Source: Thermoproteota archaeon
Lineage (GTDB): Archaea > Korarchaeota > Korarchaeia > Korarchaeales > Korarchaeaceae
Reading direction: 5' to 3'
NCBI GenBank assembly: GCA_015522685.1
Contig: WALU01000053.1
Location: forward strand, 1 to 10,419
DNA length: 10,419 bases
Within the stretch, counting starts at the first letter, position 1. Every line of letters begins with the position of its first letter. Made by a program: the position numbers and the translations under genes. Under the pieces are notes generated by a model. The model had not been told where the DNA came from, did no database searches, and was given only the letters and a program-made list of their open reading frames with translations. Positions 1 through 4,868 of this stretch are shown piece by piece.

Positions 1-8
1 GATGAAAG

Positions 9-59
9 TATCTACCTAAAAGGTAAACTTAGTGCCTAGTTTACCTAAAAGGTAAACTT
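9..59. promoter_or_regulatory. Twin palindromic operator-like sites (AGTTTACCT-AAA-AGGTAAACT)
   Basis: 38-58 is a perfect 9-3-9 inverted repeat. 9-29 is a second copy with a 6/9 left arm. The 18-mer TACCTAAAAGGTAAACTT is identical at 13-30 and 42-59 (29-bp period). Confidence 0.8.
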
Positions 60-66
60 TTTAATG
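50..66 (+). promoter_or_regulatory. Putative BRE/TATA box of the 87..1243 operon
   Basis: TTTTTAAT at 58-65, preceded by a purine-rich stretch and about 25 nt upstream of GTG 87. No SD precedes 87, consistent with a leaderless transcript. Confidence 0.55.
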
Positions 67-86
67 ATAATCATTTAAATTAGCTT

Positions 87-638
87 GTGGAGCGCAACGT
101 TACATCTCTCTCAGAACTAATCCTACTCTCGCTGGGAATCACTTCCCTAGTCCTGCAAATACTCATTCGGATGGAGAGGTTTGAAAGCCTATGGGCTAAT
201 ATCATGCCAGAACTGGCTGCTTATCTCCTTGCCTATCTCTCCGTAATCCTCATACCCTACTCCCTCATAGCGATGGTATCGGGGGTGATATATCACCCAT
301 CTGGCGATCGATCATCCAGCAAGCAATCTAACCAGCCTGATCGCCGACAATCCCGTCAAAAACAATCACCCGACGAATTCCATGGAGGAGCTATAATAGG
401 AGCCTCAGAGAGATCCCTGATATTCCTCCTCTTCCTAATGAGTGCTGCGTGCATCCTACCAGTCAAGGACGCATTAGGTTCCCTAGCAGTGATCATCGCA
501 GCCAAAGCAATCTTCAGGTTCAATAGCAAGACAGAAGAAGCGGAATGGTATATTATTGGGACTCTTTTAAGCCTCATCATGGGAGTCGCCCTATCTTGGC
601 TATCTCTTTACCTTATCTGGGGGAGGTTGAGTTGTTAG
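87..638 (+). CDS. DUF3307-associated type integral membrane protein (SatD partner)
   Basis: About 5 hydrophobic segments. The C-terminal half has the signature GAIIGASERSLIF...LAVIIAAKAIFRF...AEWYIIGTLLS (family pattern G.xIG.LER / AAKSI.RF / EY.LIGTL.S). Adjacent to a SatD gene, as in bacteria. Confidence 0.8.
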   Translation: MERNVTSLSELILLSLGITSLVLQILIRMERFESLWANIMPELAAYLLAYLSVILIPYSLIAMVSGVIYHPSGDRSSSKQSNQPDRRQSRQKQSPDEFHGGAIIGASERSLIFLLFLMSAACILPVKDALGSLAVIIAAKAIFRFNSKTEEAEWYIIGTLLSLIMGVALSWLSLYLIWGRLSC

Positions 639-1243
639 CTGCAATATTTGACTTGATCAGGTCGAGAGCTAGGGCTCAGGAGGCTAAAAACATAAGGGAA
701 AAGATAGTTGAGGGCATGTCGCTGGTGGAGGAAAAGTGGGAAAGTAAGCTAGTGGCCAGGCCCGCTCTAACAGCTGGCGATAGCGTCGAGCTATTGGCCA
801 TAGATTGGAGGTCCCTGACGTTCTTCTTCCACTTCTCTCTAGCTTCAGATTTGAGGTTCAGGGTAGGGCTTGGTGCAGGAAGGATAGATGTTCTCAGGGA
901 GTTCGCAGATGAGTGCGATGGACCAGCTTTCTGGAGCGCCAGATCGGCTCTGGAAAAGCTCAGCTCTAAGAAGGCTAGAGGCTCTCTGGTCAACTTTGAA
1001 GTTGGGGATGGATTCAGCAAGGAGGATCTGGCTAATCTGAGACTGGCAGCTCTATCAATCGCCATGCTGGCTGAGATGCCTGAAAAGAAAAGAGCATACT
1101 GTTTTAGGAGGGCCTGGTTTGGAGAAGGTGTAGGGCAAATAGCCAAGAGATACGGGGTTAGCAAGGGAAACGTGAGCAAGACGTTGAGGGGAACAGCATG
1201 CTTCATCCTTTCGAGGCTAATTAGGGAAGAATCATCGGTCTGA
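632..1243 (+). CDS. SatD-family protein (nucleotidyl-cyclase-like domain plus C-terminal HTH)
   Basis: AIFDLIRSR, AGDSVELL, RFRVGLGAG and DGPAFWSARSALE match SatD motifs (GDI..S, GDEFQ, R.GIG.G, DGPA.W.AR). C-terminal HTH: VGQIAKRYGVSKGNVSKTL. Start re-called at TTG 632 (GGAGGT at 622-627; overlaps the upstream TAG at 636-638) rather than 545. Confidence 0.8.
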   Translation: MLAAIFDLIRSRARAQEAKNIREKIVEGMSLVEEKWESKLVARPALTAGDSVELLAIDWRSLTFFFHFSLASDLRFRVGLGAGRIDVLREFADECDGPAFWSARSALEKLSSKKARGSLVNFEVGDGFSKEDLANLRLAALSIAMLAEMPEKKRAYCFRRAWFGEGVGQIAKRYGVSKGNVSKTLRGTACFILSRLIREESSV

Positions 1244-1258
1244 AAGTGGTTAGGAAAG

Positions 1259-1274
1259 CTCTTTTTCTTTTCTG
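1259..1274 (+). terminator. Oligo-T archaeal terminator candidate
   Basis: CTCTTTTTCTTTTCT begins about 15 nt after the SatD stop. Confidence 0.45.
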
Positions 1275-1369
1275 GAGATTGTAAGAGAATTTACCCTCCC
1301 CTCCCTTCCATTGTGCTATTCTGACTCAAAAACATAGACATGTGAGATGCGCTATGAATTTAATAAGAA

Positions 1370-1593
1370 CTAGCTCTTCATTCTCGACTTTACCTCCCTC
1401 ACTAGCTTCTCTACTTGTTTTAGTGCTGTTTCTACCTGTTTTACCTTGCACCAGCCTTCGTAGAAGCATATATGCATTCCTGAGGCTTCGTTCCATGCAT
1501 CCTAATCCGTTCACCGATATCATTGGCTACCACCTCTACATACTCCCAGAGTTTCCTGTGACTGGCCAACCTTCTACCTTCCTTCCAGTAAGC
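1370..1593 (-). pseudogene. PaREP1-family (HEPN-related) pseudogene, 5'-truncated and frameshifted
   Basis: Minus strand 1593-1501 reads AYWKEGRRLASHRKLWEYVEVVANDIGERIR. After a 1-nt shift, 1501-1370 reads DAWNEASGMHICFYEGWCKVKQVETALKQVEKLVREVKSRMKS*. SH..LW and AW..A..MH..FYEG are PaREP1 motifs. Confidence 0.8.
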
Positions 1594-1631
1594 GTCACGC
1601 CGCTTGCTTTAGATATGAGGTCACCTTAGTC

Positions 1632-1706
1632 CCACTCATATATCCCTGAATTGAATTATCGCGATTATCTATTTACTGGATCCATTTTTCTTACCTCAGG
1701 CCTCAT
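1632..1706 (-). pseudogene. Possible 5' remnant of a HEPN-domain gene
   Basis: ATG at 1706 after GAGG-like SD sequences. Reads MRPEVRK/(shift)WIQ*...NSGIYEW, resembling HEPN N-termini (MR.EV..W...A..DL...G.YEW). Very short and degraded. Confidence 0.35.
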
Positions 1707-1835
1707 CCTCACATATCAACCTCTCAGATCAACATAAACATCTTTTATGTTTAGAATCTATGTAATTCCAGCAGCCTATGAGCAGATGACATCTGGGGAG
1801 CAAAGGATATTAGGCTTCAGGGGATCGCTAGCCTA

Positions 1836-3566
1836 GTGAACGGGATAATTAAGGAGGTAATCCTAGAAAACTTCATGTCCTACAGGTATGCTAGGATTCC
1901 CCTCAAAGGAGGGGTTAACCTGATAGTAGGGCCCAATGGATCCGGCAAGTCCACGATACTCCTAGCGATATCGGTTGCTCTAGGTCAGACATACACCGAG
2001 AGAGGAAGGAGGCTGAGTGACCTGATAAGGAGGGGAGAGAACTTCGCTAGAGTAACCGTAGTTATAAATAACAGTCCCCTGAATGGAAAAAGACCTCTTC
2101 CATGGTTTAGAAGTGATGAAATCTACTTCAGCAGGTACATAAGGGGAGATGGTCAATACTGGCACGAGGTGAATGGGAAAGTAGTCCCTAAAGTTCAAGC
2201 TCAGAGCTACCTGAAGAAGATAGGCCTAGATCCGGATAACATGCTGATAATAATGCATCAGAACATGGTGGAGGAGTTCATCTATCTCTCCCCCCAAGAT
2301 AAGCTCAAACTGGTTGAGGAGGCCGTTGGCCTTGGGCAGTACAGGCTTAAGATAGTTCAATCAATGAAGGAGCTGGAGTTAGCGGTGAGCGAGGAAAAGA
2401 AAGCTTTGGAAATGTTGGAAAAAGCTGACCAAACAATGAAGTACTGGGAGGAGATGTATGAGAAGTGGAAGAGAAAGAAAGCCTTGGAAGAGAAACTAGA
2501 TTACCTAAGGAGGGAACTATCCTGGATAAAGGTTCTTGAAAGAGAGCTTAAGGTAAAGGAAATAGAGAGAAGAATAGATGAGCTAAACAGGAATGTGGAA
2601 AATACAAAAGCTAGTATTCAGGAGCTAATGAAGGGAGAGAGTGAAGCTCAGGAAAAGATAGAGGAAATAGAGGATCAGATAACATCAGATCTTCCATTAA
2701 AGGAAGGATTAGCTAGGCTAAGGAGAGAATGGCTTCAATACTCCTCCCTGCTGGCTGAGAGAAAGGTAGAGGAATTTCGCCTTGAGATCCTGCAGGATGA
2801 GCTATCTCGCCTTATAGCTGACCTAAAGAGAGCTAAGAGGAAGCTTGATGAGGAGATATCTAGAGCATCAGAGATGGGTGAGAGAATTTCATCTGAGAGA
2901 AGTGAGGAGGAAGTAGAGGAGGAGCTGAGGAAGGTAGAACTGGCGATAGCATCCATTGGGAAGGTACCCTCTAAAGTGAAGGAGGCTTATGAGAAGTATA
3001 GAGAAATATATAGGCAGTTAAGGGAAAGGGCTGAGCAGGCTATTGAAAATAGGAACAAGCTCTCTATAGAACTCGAGAAGAGGAGGAAAATATGGAAGAG
3101 TAGAGTGGAAGAAGTCTTAGGAGAGATAAGTTTTCTATATAAACAACTTTTGCCTAAGCTTGGTGGTACAGGCGAGCTGAAGCTTGTACACATGGATAAC
3201 TTGGAGGAGGCAGGTCTTGAGATTTACTCTGATTTCACTGGCTTGGGTCTCACGCCCCTAGATCCCTACAGGCATAGTGGAGGGGAAAGATCGGTGACAG
3301 TTATGTGCTTCTTCCTGGCACTTCAGGGATACATAAAATCTCCCTTTAGAGCAGTAGATGAGTTTGATGTCCATATGGATCCAAGGAACAGGGACCTTAT
3401 CTTCCAGCTGATATTTGAGATGGCTGAAGGCGAGGGGATGGATAGAGATCTCGGGGGGCAGTACCTGATTATAACGCCAGCTCCTCCATCCAAGGTACCG
3501 GAAGGGATCAATGTGATAATTGTGCAGAAGGTCAGAGGATTATCTGCAACTCCCGGGGTGATGTGA
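1836..3566 (+). CDS. Short hinge-less SMC-family ATPase with Smc5/6-type head
   Basis: ENFMSY; Walker A GPNGSGKS (aa 32-39); Q-loop DNMLIIMHQNMVEEF..LSP; coiled coil about aa 165-440; signature HSGGERSV (480-487); Walker B/D-loop PFRAVDEFDVHMDPRNR; QYLIITP in place of the H-loop. 576 aa, no hinge domain, no CXXC. Confidence 0.92.
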   Translation: MNGIIKEVILENFMSYRYARIPLKGGVNLIVGPNGSGKSTILLAISVALGQTYTERGRRLSDLIRRGENFARVTVVINNSPLNGKRPLPWFRSDEIYFSRYIRGDGQYWHEVNGKVVPKVQAQSYLKKIGLDPDNMLIIMHQNMVEEFIYLSPQDKLKLVEEAVGLGQYRLKIVQSMKELELAVSEEKKALEMLEKADQTMKYWEEMYEKWKRKKALEEKLDYLRRELSWIKVLERELKVKEIERRIDELNRNVENTKASIQELMKGESEAQEKIEEIEDQITSDLPLKEGLARLRREWLQYSSLLAERKVEEFRLEILQDELSRLIADLKRAKRKLDEEISRASEMGERISSERSEEEVEEELRKVELAIASIGKVPSKVKEAYEKYREIYRQLRERAEQAIENRNKLSIELEKRRKIWKSRVEEVLGEISFLYKQLLPKLGGTGELKLVHMDNLEEAGLEIYSDFTGLGLTPLDPYRHSGGERSVTVMCFFLALQGYIKSPFRAVDEFDVHMDPRNRDLIFQLIFEMAEGEGMDRDLGGQYLIITPAPPSKVPEGINVIIVQKVRGLSATPGVM

Positions 3567-4283
3567 GCGTCCCTGAAAGATCTACTGGAAGAGCTGATCA
3601 TCACCTTCAGGAAAACATCAGATCCGTTCAAGGTAAGGGTGACTGAAATACTCGATGAATTGGCTGAGAAACTACCTGAAATAAGCTATGAAGAGCTTCA
3701 GCTGGATGGCGAGATAATATCTCTCCTCGCTAAGATAGTAAGAGAGCAGGAACTGTGGGTCAAGAGGGAGGCATCGATAGCATCCATAGGAAAGATACTA
3801 GCCCTCCTAAAGATCAAGACAATGGATAATAAATCCTTAGCTAGGGAACTGCTGGATAACTGGCAACCATTGGTGGATCTCCAGCAGGTGACTTTTACAG
3901 AGATTCTTATAGCTCTCTCCTACCTAGAAGGGAGGGAGGAATTCAAGCTCGGTGGAGCTGAAGTTGTAACTTTGGAGCCAATCGCCTTAGAGCTAGGAGT
4001 AGATCTGGAGAGGGTTATAAGGGAAGTTGAGGATGAGATTGAATCTCTTCTCAGGGAGAGCGGGGGTAAAGTATCATATAGCCTTCTGATTGGTAAAAGG
4101 GAAAGGAACGAAGCCATACTTAGAGCATACGCCTTATCATATCTGGCTACTTCAGGAAAGATAGCAATAATATACAATCCCTTAGAGGAGGAATATTATA
4201 TAGAAAGATCATCAGGTGAGGAAGGGGAGGGAGAAGCTTACTCCCAGATTGTAGAGCTTGGGAGGTACCTAGATGCCAGCTAG
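3567..4283 (+). CDS. ScpA/Nse4-like kleisin (true start uncertain; track start is 3639)
   Basis: The frame is open from 3567. N-terminal LLEELII...DPFKVRVTEILDEL resembles ScpA DPWDIDI..L, the middle has VTFTEILIAL, and the C-terminal winged-helix-like part reads VSYSLL...AYALSYLATSGKIAI...EEEYYI. Lies directly downstream of the SMC gene. Confidence 0.7.
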   Translation, partial: ASLKDLLEELIITFRKTSDPFKVRVTEILDELAEKLPEISYEELQLDGEIISLLAKIVREQELWVKREASIASIGKILALLKIKTMDNKSLARELLDNWQPLVDLQQVTFTEILIALSYLEGREEFKLGGAEVVTLEPIALELGVDLERVIREVEDEIESLLRESGGKVSYSLLIGKRERNEAILRAYALSYLATSGKIAIIYNPLEEEYYIERSSGEEGEGEAYSQIVELGRYLDAS

Positions 4284-4854
4284 GATTCCTTCGGACCTAA
4301 TTAAAAGAGCCGCTAGACTCCTTCTGTTTAGGTCAGGCATGAAGCCAGGGATCAAGGGATGGGAACTAGCTAAAACACTAGGTAAGGATTATTTAGACGT
4401 GATAAAAGCCTTAAACGAAAGGTTGGAGGAACTTGGCCTAGAGGTGATTACGATAGGTGATAAGGGAGAGAGAATAAAACTTGAGGATGATAAAGAGTTG
4501 AGGAGGGCTACATTCATGGCAGTCTTGAGGGGCCCAATATCCCTTCAGGAGGCGAGGACCTCTGGATGGAGGATAGATGATCTAGCCATGTTATCTACCT
4601 CTCTGCTTTACCTCATAGCCAAGGATGGGTCTGCTCGCTATAGAGAACTACTGGACATTTTGAGATCCAAGTTTAAAGGGCCTAGAATCGAGTACGTGCT
4701 GGGAAGAATGCTGAAAATGGGATATCTGGAGCAAGAAGACGATATCGTCAGGATAGGATGGAGATCTAAGGTAGAAATAGACCTAGATAAGCTTGCAAGC
4801 CTAGATCTAGAGAAAGAAGAGAAGCAAAGAGTAACAAAGAGTAAAATAAAATAA
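4273..4854 (+). CDS. KITE (tandem winged-helix) protein, Nse1/Nse3(MAGE)/ScpB-like
   Basis: GGAGGT at 4261-4266 and an 11-nt overlap with the kleisin gene. WH-A: IKALNERLEELGLEV. WH-B: LLYLIAKDGSA...LGRMLKMGYL...IGWRSKVEI, resembling MAGE/Nse3 YL...WGPRA..E. Confidence 0.7.
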   Translation: MPARIPSDLIKRAARLLLFRSGMKPGIKGWELAKTLGKDYLDVIKALNERLEELGLEVITIGDKGERIKLEDDKELRRATFMAVLRGPISLQEARTSGWRIDDLAMLSTSLLYLIAKDGSARYRELLDILRSKFKGPRIEYVLGRMLKMGYLEQEDDIVRIGWRSKVEIDLDKLASLDLEKEEKQRVTKSKIK

Positions 4855-4856
4855 AA
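4825..4856 (-). terminator. Short tandem repeats / T-rich terminator candidate for lhr
   Basis: CAAAGAGTAA x2 (4825-4844) and TAAAA x3 (4842-4856) on the + strand give TTTTATTTTATTTTACTCTTTG on the minus strand just after the lhr stop. Confidence 0.4.
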
Positions 4857-4868
4857 CAGCACAGTTAT

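Noticed and set aside
13-59. 18-bp direct repeat as a CRISPR array
   Set aside because: Only two copies with an 11-bp gap, far too short for a spacer; the palindrome and promoter position fit an operator.
545-631. N-terminal extension of SatD from ATG 545
   Set aside because: Overlaps the conserved end of the upstream gene; SatD similarity and an SD point to TTG 632.
356-1206. Minus-strand ORFs 356..580 and 676..1206
   Set aside because: Antisense shadows of genes with recognisable family motifs.
1326-1629. ORFs 1326..1523 (-) and 1342..1629 (+)
   Set aside because: Off-frame and antisense readings of the PaREP1 pseudogene.
1836-3566. Rad50/SbcC or canonical Smc call
   Set aside because: No CXXC hook, no adjacent mre11/herA/nurA, no hinge, and Smc5/6-type head motifs.
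3564-3566. TGA as selenocysteine
   Set aside because: No redox-motif context, no evident SECIS, and it falls where the SMC head is expected to end.
1836-4854. Wadjet (JetABCD/MksBEFG) call
   Set aside because: No Toprim JetD gene in the window, gene order is SMC-kleisin-KITE, and the SMC is far shorter than JetC.
1980-4862. Short minus-strand ORFs within the SMC operon
   Set aside because: Ser/Leu/Phe-rich antisense shadows of purine-rich genes.
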